IMG/VR virus record: IMGVR_UViG_3300024257_000005
Location: 1-64,000 of that record
From: a virus
Direction: 5' to 3' (one strand)
Length of the DNA: 64,000 nt
The notes beneath the pieces were generated by a model. It was not told the DNA's origin. It did not search any database and was given only the letters and a program-made list of their open reading frames with translations. The translations under genes and the position numbers were made by a program. The first letter of the stretch is position 1, and every line of letters starts with the position of its first letter. Positions 41,526 to 52,002 of the stretch are shown here, piece after piece.

Positions 41526-41557
41526 GCCCATATATATTTATACATATATATATGGGC
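41526..41557 (+). promoter_or_regulatory. 12-bp hairpin containing the TATATTTAT motif and covering ATG 41552
   Basis: gcccatatatat/atatatatgggc inverted repeat. Confidence 0.55.
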
Positions 41558-41752
41558 GTGTTTGATATGGAGAGAAAAATGAATAAAGAAAAGAATGAAA
41601 CGCTGACCACGGTGTCAATAGATCAACAATTATATCGATCAGCCAAAATCAGATTTATAGAAACAGGAATGAGCTTTAAACAGTTTGTATTTCTACACTT
41701 GCATGAGTTCGTATCATCGAGTGCAGATTCAAATATTAGTGGAAGCATCTAA
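41552..41752 (+). CDS. Ribbon-helix-helix-like small regulator
   Basis: TTVSIDQQLYRSAK...GMSFKQFV; resembles 44151..44372. Confidence 0.5.
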   Translation: MGVFDMERKMNKEKNETLTTVSIDQQLYRSAKIRFIETGMSFKQFVFLHLHEFVSSSADSNISGSI

Positions 41753-41761
41753 GGAGACACA

Positions 41762-43108
41762 ATGACTGACGTAGCAAAAAAGACTGAAACAAAAAAGAAA
41801 AAATTACTAGTTCTATCAGACGACATTCGTGTCCCATCAGGTGTGGGCACAATGACAAGACGAATCGTCTTAGACTTAAAGAAAGACTTTGATATAATCC
41901 AGCTTGGTGGAGCAATAGATCATCCGAATCCTCAACCTGTATTAGTAGATGGAATAAAAGTAATCCCAGTAAAAGGGTATGGCGATTCTCATATCGTTAG
42001 AAATTTAATCACAGTGGAACAACCAGACTATATGTTGATCTTTACAGATCCAAGGTACTGAATTTGGTTATGGCAGATCGAAGATGAAATCAGATCTATG
42101 GTTCCCTTAATGTATTATCATCTATGGGATGACTATCCTGCACCACAATATAATAGAGATTTTTATCTATCGAATGACTGGATGGGTTGTATCAGTAAAA
42201 TTTCAAAAGCAATGGTAGAGGAAGTGGCACCAGAATTTAAAGAGAATCCATGGCGCATAGACTATATTCCTCATGGCACTCCTCACGATGAATTTAAACA
42301 GGTTGACAAATCGTCTGTTGAATATCAGAAGTTCATACGTGAATACTACAAGGGTGAATATGAAAAGTATGATTTTATAATTTTTTATAACAATCGTAAT
42401 GTAAGAAGAAAAATGATGGGTGATGTTATGAATGCCTATGATGAATTCCTCAGTACACTACCACAGGAAAAGCAAGACAAATGTTTGCTATTAATGCACA
42501 CTCATGTTTCCGACGACAATGGAACAAATCTTGCAGCACTGAAAAACGACTTATATCCAAACCACAATATTCTATTTAGTGAAGCTAAAGTTCATACAAA
42601 CATTTTGAATTTCATCTATAACTCAGTAGATGTCACGATCAATCTTGCCTCAAATGAAGGTTATGGAATGGCAACGGCTGAATCACTTATGGCCGGCACT
42701 CCAATCATTGCCACAATTACAGGTGGAATGCAAGATCAATTAGGCATTCCCTTTGAGAATGATTTTATGTCAGTTGATGAATGGAAAGTATTGCAAGAGA
42801 ATGGTGAGTCATTTTTGACCTCACATCATGCTGTTGGTATTATTCCAAAAACTAGAAGCCTCCAGGGATCACCTCCAACTCCATATATCTATGATGATAG
42901 AATTAGTTGGATTGATGCTGCGCATGCTATTGAATATTGGTACAACAAGACACCAGAAGAGCGTGTTAAAGCAGGCGAATCAGGACGTCAATATTTAATC
43001 GAAAATGGTCACACAGTAACAGAAATGAACAAGCGTTTTAGGGCAGCAATTAAAGACATTGATGAAAATTGGGAACCCATTAAACGTGTAAATGTAATCG
43101 AGTGCTAA
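41762..43108 (+). CDS. GT-B (GT4-like) glycosyltransferase, 448 aa, 1 TGA=Trp
   Basis: SDD...SGVG, FTDPRY[W]IWLW through TGA 42059, NNRNVRRK, NEGYGM..AES...GTPII. Confidence 0.88.
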
Positions 43109-43109
43109 T

Positions 43110-43625
43110 ATGGTTAAGGCAAAAACAATAAGAAGCAGAACGGATAAGGGTAGAAAAGCAAGAGCCAAGAAGATCAAGACGCTATTGGTCACGGTTCAGA
43201 AGTTTAAAGCGTTCAATGGATATCGCATGGTGTTTATGTACAATGCTAACTCGCAAGAGGGAACTGGAAAATATAGGGTTGAATTTAGATCTTCTCCTGC
43301 CGAACCTATCAATGTTGACAATTGGCTAAAATTTGCATCAGGCGATATACCTGTATTTGCAAATTGTTCATGTCCAGATTTCAAATATAGATGAGAAACG
43401 GTTCTTCATAAGAAGGGCATGGCAAGAATAAAAACCAGTAATGGCGATATGCCGGATGTAACTAATCCGACATATAGAGCATCATATTGTAAACATATAA
43501 TTGCATGTTTTGATCAAATGCAAGCATACATCAGAAGAAGAAACTTTGATGACATTGGTGAGAGATCCAGACTCAACAAGCATCCAGATCTTGAAAAGAA
43601 AGTATTCGATAATGACGGAAAATAA
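43110..43625 (+). CDS. SWIM zinc-finger protein, 171 aa, 1 TGA=Trp
   Basis: CSCPDFKYR[W]...CKH is intact only if TGA 43392 is read through. Confidence 0.75.
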
Positions 43626-44094
43626 AGAAAAAGAACGCGAAGGTTTTCTTCCTCAAGAAGGCGAGATGGATCCAGATGTTGTACGGTTCTTAAATGAATT
43701 TGCTATGACCTTGGACAATTCATTTAAAGAAAAAGATGAGCAGAATTTCGCCTACGCTGACTCAACTGATAAGAAGAACTATCCTTTTGTGTATACGAAA
43801 AACTATGTGCTAACATACACAAATAAGCTCAAAGCATTCTCTGTATTTATTGTAATCACAGCTGATTCAAGAAGTGTGGCTGCCGATATTAAGAGATTGG
43901 AAAAATTCGCCCAAGCAAATGGAAGTTTTGAATTCAATATTGCTAAAGAATATGCTCTTGTTGATGTAAAAAATCAGCGTGTTCTATGGGGAGAAGCAGC
44001 TGAAAATAAGTACGGAGAGATAAGACTTCAAAGCATCATCAATGAATATAAATTAATAGATAGCATGAAAACCGGACAATATGGCGATGCTTAA
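43612..44094 (+). CDS. Hypothetical protein
   Basis: ORF overlapping the upstream stop. Confidence 0.5.
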   Translation: MTENKEKEREGFLPQEGEMDPDVVRFLNEFAMTLDNSFKEKDEQNFAYADSTDKKNYPFVYTKNYVLTYTNKLKAFSVFIVITADSRSVAADIKRLEKFAQANGSFEFNIAKEYALVDVKNQRVLWGEAAENKYGEIRLQSIINEYKLIDSMKTGQYGDA

Positions 44095-44150
44095 TTATTT
44101 TATTATATATTTATATAAATAAGTAGATAAATAAATATCAGGAGAATAAA

Positions 44151-44372
44151 ATGGTAACAACAATAACACCAGCAAGACAATTAGTAGATAATTTTAGAGC
44201 AGGACATGCAGATCACAAGCTGAGTATGAACGAGTTTGTCTCACGTGCATTGGTATTATATATGCTAGACAAGGATTTCAAAGTAATGATAGATGATAAG
44301 ATCTTTGATTATGGTAGAACCCTGAATATGTATAAACAACAGGCTTCTAACGAAAACAATCTGAACCAGTAG
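44151..44372 (+). CDS. Ribbon-helix-helix-like small regulator
   Basis: VTTIT...KLSMNEFVSRALVLY; preceded by TATATTTAT at 44106. Confidence 0.5.
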   Translation: MVTTITPARQLVDNFRAGHADHKLSMNEFVSRALVLYMLDKDFKVMIDDKIFDYGRTLNMYKQQASNENNLNQ

Positions 44373-44380
44373 GAGTAAAC

Positions 44381-45727
44381 ATGCAAAAACAAACAATGGT
44401 CGTCATGGCACCTTACACCACAGTGAGTGGGTACGGAGCACATAGTCGAGACATCATACAGGCATTAATTGAAGCTGACAAGTACAATCTATATTTGGTT
44501 CCAATGAACTGGGGAAATACACCTCAGAATGCTTTGAAAGAAAGTAATCCTGTACATAAGAAAATGCTTGATCTGACATTGGATAAGCAATTCGAAGGCA
44601 AGCCAGACTTCTTTGTACACATCTCAATCCCACTAGAGTTTAGACCCTTTGGCAAAAGAAATATTGGCATCACAGCCGGTATGGAAACCGATCGTGTTGC
44701 TCAAGAGTGGATTGAAAAAGCAAATGCAATGGACGTAATGATAGTTCCATCAGAGCACTCAAAGATTGCTCATTCGGAAACCGTTATTCCAATCCAACCA
44801 CGACCAGACATGCCACCAATCGGAGAATTCAGAAGTCAGAAGCCTATTGAAGTATTGTTTGAAGGTGTAGATCTAAGCATCTATAAAGATCTTGGATATA
44901 AATCTGATTTGCCCCATAGACAGGGATCGCCAGAGCTACAACCAATATTTGACATGCCTGAAGAATTTGCATTTCTATATACAGGTCATTGGATGCAAGG
45001 CGGATTTAGAGAAGGTAGAAAAGATGCTGATGGATTGATCTACAATTTCATCAATACATTTAACTACAAAAAGGGAGAGGTTGCTCTCGTACTGAAAACA
45101 ACCATGGGTAATTTTTCAAGGCTAGATAGAAGTGCACTTGAAAAAGAAATTTCTCGAATCAGAGACATGTTCCCCGATAGAGATTCTCAGCCAAATATTT
45201 ATCTTGTTCACGGTAGTCTAACAGATGCTGAAATGAATGAGCTATATAATATTCCAAAGATCAAAGCTATGGTTTCATTAACACATGGTGAAGGCTATGG
45301 AAGACCTCTGGCAGAGTTTGCCGCTGCAACTGGAAAACCAGTTTTAGCTCCATTCTGGTCAGGTCAAGTTGACTTCTTGTTTGAAGGAACCAATGAACTA
45401 TTGTTTGATTACGATTTAGCAAAAGTTCCACCTTCAGCCGTATGGGATAAAGTGATCGTTGAGGGCTCACAATGGGCAAATGTAAAAGATACCGATGTAG
45501 TTCAGAAGCTGACAAAATGTTTTTATAAATATGATGACATGCTTGTATATTCTAAGAAAGTACAGGATCATATTGTCAAATATAAAAATCTTGATCTCAT
45601 GAAGACGCAGCTAATTTCTATCATCGATAGATATGCACCACCACTTGAGTCAAATGTTGTTCTACCAGAATTAACAAAGGGTGGCTCATTGGACTTAAGC
45701 AAACTAAAAGGATTTAAAAAGCAGTAG
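44381..45727 (+). CDS. GT-B (GT4-like) glycosyltransferase
   Basis: SGYGAHSRD, GHW...RKD, HGEGYGRPLAEF..TGKPV..WSGQVDF. Confidence 0.88.
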   Translation: MQKQTMVVMAPYTTVSGYGAHSRDIIQALIEADKYNLYLVPMNWGNTPQNALKESNPVHKKMLDLTLDKQFEGKPDFFVHISIPLEFRPFGKRNIGITAGMETDRVAQEWIEKANAMDVMIVPSEHSKIAHSETVIPIQPRPDMPPIGEFRSQKPIEVLFEGVDLSIYKDLGYKSDLPHRQGSPELQPIFDMPEEFAFLYTGHWMQGGFREGRKDADGLIYNFINTFNYKKGEVALVLKTTMGNFSRLDRSALEKEISRIRDMFPDRDSQPNIYLVHGSLTDAEMNELYNIPKIKAMVSLTHGEGYGRPLAEFAAATGKPVLAPFWSGQVDFLFEGTNELLFDYDLAKVPPSAVWDKVIVEGSQWANVKDTDVVQKLTKCFYKYDDMLVYSKKVQDHIVKYKNLDLMKTQLISIIDRYAPPLESNVVLPELTKGGSLDLSKLKGFKKQ

Positions 45728-45735
45728 GAGGCACT

Positions 45736-46239
45736 ATGCTACATACAATATCAATCAAAAAAGATAAATTAATCGAGACCCTGACGGTAAATCGTGAAGT
45801 TCATATAGAAGAATACAAACAAGCTGTTCTGGATTATCACGTCATTGCAAAATATGCTATGGATCAGATGGCAAAAGCTGCTCAAAAAACGGCACTCGCA
45901 TATAAGAAACGAGCAAAAACAATCGAGTCATCTGACGATATGGATGATTGGAATGTTGGTCAAATATACATCAATACTCAAGCACTGACAAATCTTCAAC
46001 TACCACAATCTCATGAGAGTGATTATGACGAAGCAATTGAGATGCTAGAGTTTCACACAATTACCGATGAAGACGACAAAGATACAATCGCTCTTTCACA
46101 AGAGGATTTCAGAACATTCGTTAGAGATGACTGGGCATGGAAAGCACAGTTTTCTAACATGAGTACAATGTACTTTTCTGGTTCTTCAAACATAGGACTC
46201 GGAAATTCTAATCCATTAGAAAAGCTCCACGTAGGTTAA
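45736..46239 (+). CDS. Phage hypothetical protein
   Basis: GGAGG RBS and ORF. Confidence 0.55.
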   Translation: MLHTISIKKDKLIETLTVNREVHIEEYKQAVLDYHVIAKYAMDQMAKAAQKTALAYKKRAKTIESSDDMDDWNVGQIYINTQALTNLQLPQSHESDYDEAIEMLEFHTITDEDDKDTIALSQEDFRTFVRDDWAWKAQFSNMSTMYFSGSSNIGLGNSNPLEKLHVG

Positions 46240-46243
46240 TATC

Positions 46244-46516
46244 ATGGAGATGACAATTGCACCAGAGTTTGAAAATAAGATAACTTGCTATGATGAGACT
46301 GAAATAATGTTCTCACTCAATGCAGATGGAGAATTGTTTATTGCTGAGAAATATAGAGCAGATCCATCTCCAGCTTCAAAACGATTTTGAGAATGTATGA
46401 AGGTAAACGGCAAAGAGTGGGCAGACTGTTTTGATGAAAATGAGGCTCTTACAGAAGAAGTGAGTAGCCTTAAGGGCATCATTGAAGGAATGGAAGAAAA
46501 ATATCTAGGAAAATAA
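46244..46516 (+). CDS. Hypothetical protein, 90 aa, 1 TGA=Trp
   Basis: Fills the gap exactly if TGA 46388 is read through (KRF[W]EC). Confidence 0.6.
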
Positions 46517-46517
46517 T

Positions 46518-47036
46518 ATGCAAGGACAAAACTATGAGACCGGCTGCCTTATGCTGGATTTCAAAATAACAAATTGGACATCTATTATCAATAGAGTAAT
46601 TAAGCCTGAGGATGTATATCATCACGAAGATTATGGAATTGAAATGCATCCTCATGCAACAATCATCTACGGATTACCAGATATCCCATGGACAAAGTTG
46701 GCACTATATTGCTATCCCATGAAAATTGTGACGGTGATTATTAATCGTGTTGACATATTTGAGCCTGAAGGTGAGAATTATGATGTAGTTATATTTCCAG
46801 TTGCAAGCAAGGCACTCAAAATGATCAACTACAAGATAGCTGAAAATTTTGGTATCGATCAAACCCATGAAAAATATAGCCCTCACATTACACTTGCATA
46901 TGTGAAAAAAGGTCGAGGTAAGAGCTATGTGAAAAAGCTTGCCAATGAAATTAAATTAAGTCCAAAGGAATACAGATTAACAGGACCAGACGGTCTATTG
47001 AAGACTTGGACAATGCAAGATAAGAAGGAAAAGTAA
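46518..47036 (+). CDS. 2H phosphoesterase, T4 gp57B/Acb1-like
   Basis: Two HxT motifs: PHATIIYGL and YSPHITLAY. Confidence 0.75.
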   Translation: MQGQNYETGCLMLDFKITNWTSIINRVIKPEDVYHHEDYGIEMHPHATIIYGLPDIPWTKLALYCYPMKIVTVIINRVDIFEPEGENYDVVIFPVASKALKMINYKIAENFGIDQTHEKYSPHITLAYVKKGRGKSYVKKLANEIKLSPKEYRLTGPDGLLKTWTMQDKKEK

Positions 47037-47689
47037 TGGAAAACATAATGCAAGATATATTTCTATCATTCAATATGATGGTACAGGACAACGAAGATAT
47101 CATAACGCCAACACTTGAAAGCATCAAGCGATTTATGGATCATCACCCAGGCAAATGCGAATTAGTAATTGTTGACGGTGGTTCAACCGACAAGACGGTA
47201 GAAATATGCAACCGTTTTACAGATCGAGTGCATGAAAAGAAATTTGAAAAGGATTTTTCAGAGCAGAAGAATTTTCTCAATTCAAAATCAATGGGTAGAT
47301 GGATATTCAATATAGACTCAGATGAGATATTGACTGAAGAATTAATCCATACACTATATGCAATGCTCATGCTCCCACAAAATCAAGAAACTGATTTGAT
47401 TTATATTCCTAGAGTAAATAGAGTAGTGGGTCTTACTGAAGGTCATATTGCTAAATGGGGATGGAGAGTTGACAAAGACGGTGACATCAATTACCCAGAT
47501 TATCAAGCAAGAATTTATAAGAACAAACCAGGGCTACATTGGGAAGGCAAGGTTCATGAGACCATAGTAGGTTTTGAATCATATGGCAGCATTCCAATGG
47601 AAAAACACCATCGTCTATATTTGGTACACAATAAAAGTATTGAAAGACAAGTGAAACAAAATGAGTTATATGACACGATTGTGAGGTAA
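47036..47689 (+). CDS. GT-A (GT2) glycosyltransferase
   Basis: IVDGGSTDKT, DFSEQKN, IDSDE, PDYQARIY, GKVHE. Confidence 0.88.
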   Translation: MENIMQDIFLSFNMMVQDNEDIITPTLESIKRFMDHHPGKCELVIVDGGSTDKTVEICNRFTDRVHEKKFEKDFSEQKNFLNSKSMGRWIFNIDSDEILTEELIHTLYAMLMLPQNQETDLIYIPRVNRVVGLTEGHIAKWGWRVDKDGDINYPDYQARIYKNKPGLHWEGKVHETIVGFESYGSIPMEKHHRLYLVHNKSIERQVKQNELYDTIVR

Positions 47690-47691
47690 CA

Positions 47692-48666
47692 GTGAAAATT
47701 GCATTCCTTTCGGAAACGAAGTTAAATGGAAAATATCCGGAAAACTTTTCAAATTCAAGAACAGACGTTGCTTGGCAAACCGCTTTAGGAGCAACACATT
47801 ATTGCATAACCGATCAAAAATTTCTTGGAAAAGAGATTGATATCGCAATAGTAATTCTACCAAAAAACTCAAATACTCTACAAAAAATCGACTCAACAAT
47901 GTTCGACTATTTCCAACAGAGTGGAACCAAAGTCGGAGTAATGCAAGAGGGTCCAAACTGGTATTTTCAAGACTATTCAGCAGAAGATAATCTGCTATAC
48001 TATAAATATTTATTACAGGCGGATTTTATTTTATGTCATAATGAGGTTGATCATGTATATTTTAAAGGGCTGGTCGGGCATAACAATGTTCATATTATGC
48101 CATCAACAATGAGAGATCCCGGTATCAAATCAATTATGCAGATCGAAAGAAAAGAAGAAGTTATGATTGGCGGAGGATTTACAAGTTGGTACGGAGGATT
48201 TGATTCTTTCGTTGTAGCACAGAGAGCCGAGATAACTCCTGTAATGCCTTCAATGGGTAGGCGTCAGGAAAATGAAGAGCTTTGGGGGATAAATCATCTC
48301 CCTTATATGGACTGGACACAATGGATCATGGAGCTCAATCATTACAAATATGCAATACACCTGATGAGAACTTTTGCAGCTGGTACATTTGCTATGAATT
48401 GTGCAGCACTTGGAGTTCCATGTATTGGATATAAAGATCTTGATACTCAAAGAAATCTACATCCAGCACTGTCTATTGACATTGGAGATCTTGGTAAGGC
48501 TGCAAAGCTATTAAAACAGTTAAAAACTGACAAAGGTTTCTATGATGAATGTAGTAGATTAGCAAAGGTAAATTTTATCAATTCAAACTATAATGAACCA
48601 AATTATAGAAATTATATGACTAGATTATTTTATGAGATATTGGAGGAAGAAGATGGAACAATATAG
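47692..48666 (+). CDS. GT-B-like glycosyltransferase
   Basis: AGTFAMNCAALGVPCIG donor-binding-like motif; located in the GT cluster. Confidence 0.6.
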   Translation: MKIAFLSETKLNGKYPENFSNSRTDVAWQTALGATHYCITDQKFLGKEIDIAIVILPKNSNTLQKIDSTMFDYFQQSGTKVGVMQEGPNWYFQDYSAEDNLLYYKYLLQADFILCHNEVDHVYFKGLVGHNNVHIMPSTMRDPGIKSIMQIERKEEVMIGGGFTSWYGGFDSFVVAQRAEITPVMPSMGRRQENEELWGINHLPYMDWTQWIMELNHYKYAIHLMRTFAAGTFAMNCAALGVPCIGYKDLDTQRNLHPALSIDIGDLGKAAKLLKQLKTDKGFYDECSRLAKVNFINSNYNEPNYRNYMTRLFYEILEEEDGTI

Positions 48667-48886
48667 AGAAACAACATTTAATTCATGAATCGAATATAAA
48701 TTATTTATGGAATCAATATCTGTAGGAACTATTGAAAGCGAACAATTATACCATGGACCATTCCCAGATAAAAAAGGTGTCTATATTGTTCCAGCAACAT
48801 GTAGTGCATATTTTGCTGAATTTGATGGTGAAAAATGGATTGACTCTAGTACAAATAGACCTATAGGATTTTATTATAAAGGATAA
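48653..48886 (+). CDS. Hypothetical protein, 77 aa, 1 TGA=Trp
   Basis: GGAGG RBS and ATG 48653; TGA at 48686 (TFNS[W]IEY); fills the gap. Confidence 0.55.
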
Positions 48887-48890
48887 CACA

Positions 48891-49346
48891 ATGGTAACAG
48901 GATCATTCTCAATTCCAAAAGAAGAAGACATTTGTTGGATCTGTAAACAAGTCGAATGTAAGCATTTGAAAACTACGCCTTCTTATATTAATGAATATTT
49001 CACGGCTTATGATCTCATTGATAAGTGGGAAAGCAAATATGCAGAAGATGTCCCATATGAACTTAAGGTTAGTATAGCAATGCATTTTGAGAATGAAGAT
49101 CAAAAGAGACGTCTATATATTAAGCGTCTACTTGGCGCTATGGAATTCAAATTTTATCAGCAACCTTCGTTTGTTTATGCACCCTATATTCCAATAACGC
49201 CGATGAAAAAATATAAGCCAGAGGATAGATTTGTTATTTGGGATCCATCATGGCAAGACTTCCCTAGATTCTTTGATGTAGGAAGTGAAAAATTGAATAA
49301 AATGATTGTTAGAAGCATAACTAGAAAAAAAAGATGGAGTAAATAA
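48891..49346 (+). CDS. Hypothetical protein with gp23 capsid-like motifs
   Basis: LIDKW...IAMHFENE and FVYAPYIP. Confidence 0.45.
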   Translation: MVTGSFSIPKEEDICWICKQVECKHLKTTPSYINEYFTAYDLIDKWESKYAEDVPYELKVSIAMHFENEDQKRRLYIKRLLGAMEFKFYQQPSFVYAPYIPITPMKKYKPEDRFVIWDPSWQDFPRFFDVGSEKLNKMIVRSITRKKRWSK

Positions 49347-49585
49347 TGGAATTAAAAGTAGTTCACTTCGATCCCAAATCAGATACTGTGCTAGGAATCT
49401 ATATTGACGATCAGTTGATCGAAGGTGGAGATGAATATCATAATAATATTACAGTCTGGCTCAAGGCATTTTTGAGAGGAATCTCTGTAACAGGGAAGAG
49501 CTATACAGTAAATAATTTATATACAAAGAAATTTCAAATGCCTGTAGACTATTTCTCAAGCATTGATTTCGAAAGCGAAGGATAG
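49346..49585 (+). CDS. Hypothetical protein
   Basis: Coupled start. Confidence 0.5.
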   Translation: MELKVVHFDPKSDTVLGIYIDDQLIEGGDEYHNNITVWLKAFLRGISVTGKSYTVNNLYTKKFQMPVDYFSSIDFESEG

Positions 49586-49589
49586 TAAT

Positions 49590-49916
49590 ATGGAAAACTA
49601 TACACGAGTAATGAAAGCGATTATTAAAGCGCAGATTGAAGACATGGAATTTGAAGAACGAGTGGACTGGTATGAGATCATCATAAAGACATTTGAAATA
49701 GAAGGATGGTCTGAAGCGACCCATGTTCTTGGATGTGATGGAGCATATGACGAAGCAATGGTTCAAGTACACCCAGAAATATTTGAAGATACTATTGATT
49801 TGTCAGTATGTCCCTGTGGTTGCAATGGTGATCTACTTGAAATTGACATCACTTTAGCAGTTTATCGTCCAGCCGAATGTATTACACTAAACTATACTAT
49901 TGAATCACTTGTCTAA
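49590..49916 (+). CDS. Hypothetical protein with a sheath-like C-terminal motif
   Basis: LEIDITLAVYRPAECITLNYTI. Confidence 0.45.
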   Translation: MENYTRVMKAIIKAQIEDMEFEERVDWYEIIIKTFEIEGWSEATHVLGCDGAYDEAMVQVHPEIFEDTIDLSVCPCGCNGDLLEIDITLAVYRPAECITLNYTIESLV

Positions 49917-50757
49917 ACAAATTTTAGTCACCGGTGGTGCTGGCTTTATTGGCTCGCATCTTATCCATGCTCTTGTCAGGCCTTGGAATAGTGTTTGGTC
50001 GATCGACAACTATACAACAGGCAATATGAGAAATGAAGTCGAAGGCTGTGAATATTTAGAGAAAGATTTGATCTATGAGTCTACACTCCATGATCATAAA
50101 TTTGATATTATCTATCATCTAGCTGCCAGACCGAGAATACAACCTTCACTATTAGACCCTGAATATACAATGACAAACAATATCATGTCGACACTCAACG
50201 TATTAAAATATGCCAGAAAAACAGGATGTAAAGTTATATTTGCATCATCATCTTCGGTCGGTGGTAATAGATTTGCAAATCCATATACTCTATCAAAGTC
50301 AATGTGTGAAGATTTATGCAGAGAATACCATACGATATACGAGCTTGACATATCTATAGCAAGATTTTATAATGTATATGGGCCAAGAATGATTGGAGAT
50401 TCTGAGTTTGGTACGGTTCTTGGAGTTTGGTTAGAGAGATACAAGAAGAGCAAGCCACTAAAGATAACAGGAGACGGAACTCAACGAAGAGATTTTACTC
50501 ATGTTGACGACATTGTTGCAGGACTAATTGAGATGTCTGGAGACGTTCCATATTATAGACCTGTTGAGCTTGGCCGGGGTGAGAACTATTCATTAAATGA
50601 ATTAGTAGATCTATTCCCTAATGCTAAAAAGGAATATGTAGATCGTCCTTCTGGAGAGATGGCACACACGCTATGTAAAGATAGAAATCCATTCTTAGAT
50701 TGGAAACCTCAACGAAATGTAAAAGATTTCATATTAGAATCAATAAAGGAAAGCTAA
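49900..50757 (+). CDS. NAD-dependent nucleotide-sugar epimerase
   Basis: VTGGAGFIGSHL, HLAA, SSSS, YTLSK, RFYNVYGP, GDGTQRRDFTHV. Confidence 0.92.
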   Translation: MNHLSKQILVTGGAGFIGSHLIHALVRPWNSVWSIDNYTTGNMRNEVEGCEYLEKDLIYESTLHDHKFDIIYHLAARPRIQPSLLDPEYTMTNNIMSTLNVLKYARKTGCKVIFASSSSVGGNRFANPYTLSKSMCEDLCREYHTIYELDISIARFYNVYGPRMIGDSEFGTVLGVWLERYKKSKPLKITGDGTQRRDFTHVDDIVAGLIEMSGDVPYYRPVELGRGENYSLNELVDLFPNAKKEYVDRPSGEMAHTLCKDRNPFLDWKPQRNVKDFILESIKES

Positions 50758-51998
50758 TGAAAAATGTAACGTTTATAATTCCATCAAGGAATACACTAGA
50801 ACATCTCAAATGGGCATACAGTTCTATTAGAGAAAATGCTAATGCTAATCATGAAATAATTCTTCTTGATGATGCATCTGATGATGGCACAGATAAATGG
50901 ATCAAAGAGGTAGCTGCGACTGATGAGAATGTAACTACACATTTCAACCCAGGTCCTGAGCGAATTGGAATCACAAAACTATATGATCTTGCAGCAAAAA
51001 TGGCAAAAAATGAAATCATATTTGTGGGTCATAGCGATATGATTTATGGACCTGCATTTCTAGAAAAAATGATGGATCACTTGGAAGTAGGAAAAGTGGT
51101 TTGCGCAACAAGAATTGAACCACCATTACATCCACCAGGGCCAGAAAAAATGATTGTCAATTTTGGATTTGATGCTGATCAGTTTGAATATCAGAAATTT
51201 AATAAATTTGTAGAAACTCAGCAAGCAAAACCTGAAAATCAAACTGTGTCAGGTGGAATGTTTGCCCCTTGGATGCTCTACAAGGCAGATTATTGGAAAA
51301 TCGGTGGACATGATCATCTATTCTGTCCACAGTCAAGAGAAGATAGTGATCTATTTAATAGATTTGTACTACAGGGCTATGAGCTTATCCAAGCTAGAGA
51401 TGCATTTGTATATCACATGACATGCAGAGGATCCAGATATAAAGATGGGATTGGTAAAGACTCTGAAGAGTGGAAATTTACCAACTACAAAGCCGAGAGG
51501 AACTTCAATAGAAAATGGGGAACATCAATCCTTCATGATCAATATCTTGCTCCTGTAATTGGCAACAAATATGACAAGCATGTTGTTTTAGATTTTACGA
51601 ATGACGAACTGGAATCTCAAGAGCTATATGAAGCATTATCAATAATCGAACCATGGGCAAGTAAAATCACAATCATTACAGAAAACAAAGAATTGATTAA
51701 TGAAACAAATGCATATATCGCCAACGAACAAAAGCTAACTACATACAACATGGAAGAACGCGTTTCTATCCAGCCTGAAATTACAAAAGACTGGGTTGCA
51801 CAAGATGAACATGACATCATATTCATTACTACAATGAAAAATTTCAGAACAGATAACGGAGTTGTAATTGTAGCATTAAACAATGTATTAGAACAAGTAA
51901 CAGAGCCCTCTTCATATTCAATTAGCAATTCATTACTGGTCGTTAAAAAATTAAAGAGAGACCACTTCAAAGAAAATATTGTAGCTGTAAACGATTAA
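50757..51998 (+). CDS. GT-A (GT2) glycosyltransferase
   Basis: FIIPSRN, LDDASDDGT, HSDM, REDSD, YHMTCRG. Confidence 0.88.
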   Translation: MKNVTFIIPSRNTLEHLKWAYSSIRENANANHEIILLDDASDDGTDKWIKEVAATDENVTTHFNPGPERIGITKLYDLAAKMAKNEIIFVGHSDMIYGPAFLEKMMDHLEVGKVVCATRIEPPLHPPGPEKMIVNFGFDADQFEYQKFNKFVETQQAKPENQTVSGGMFAPWMLYKADYWKIGGHDHLFCPQSREDSDLFNRFVLQGYELIQARDAFVYHMTCRGSRYKDGIGKDSEEWKFTNYKAERNFNRKWGTSILHDQYLAPVIGNKYDKHVVLDFTNDELESQELYEALSIIEPWASKITIITENKELINETNAYIANEQKLTTYNMEERVSIQPEITKDWVAQDEHDIIFITTMKNFRTDNGVVIVALNNVLEQVTEPSSYSISNSLLVVKKLKRDHFKENIVAVND

Positions 51999-52002
51999 CT
52001 TT

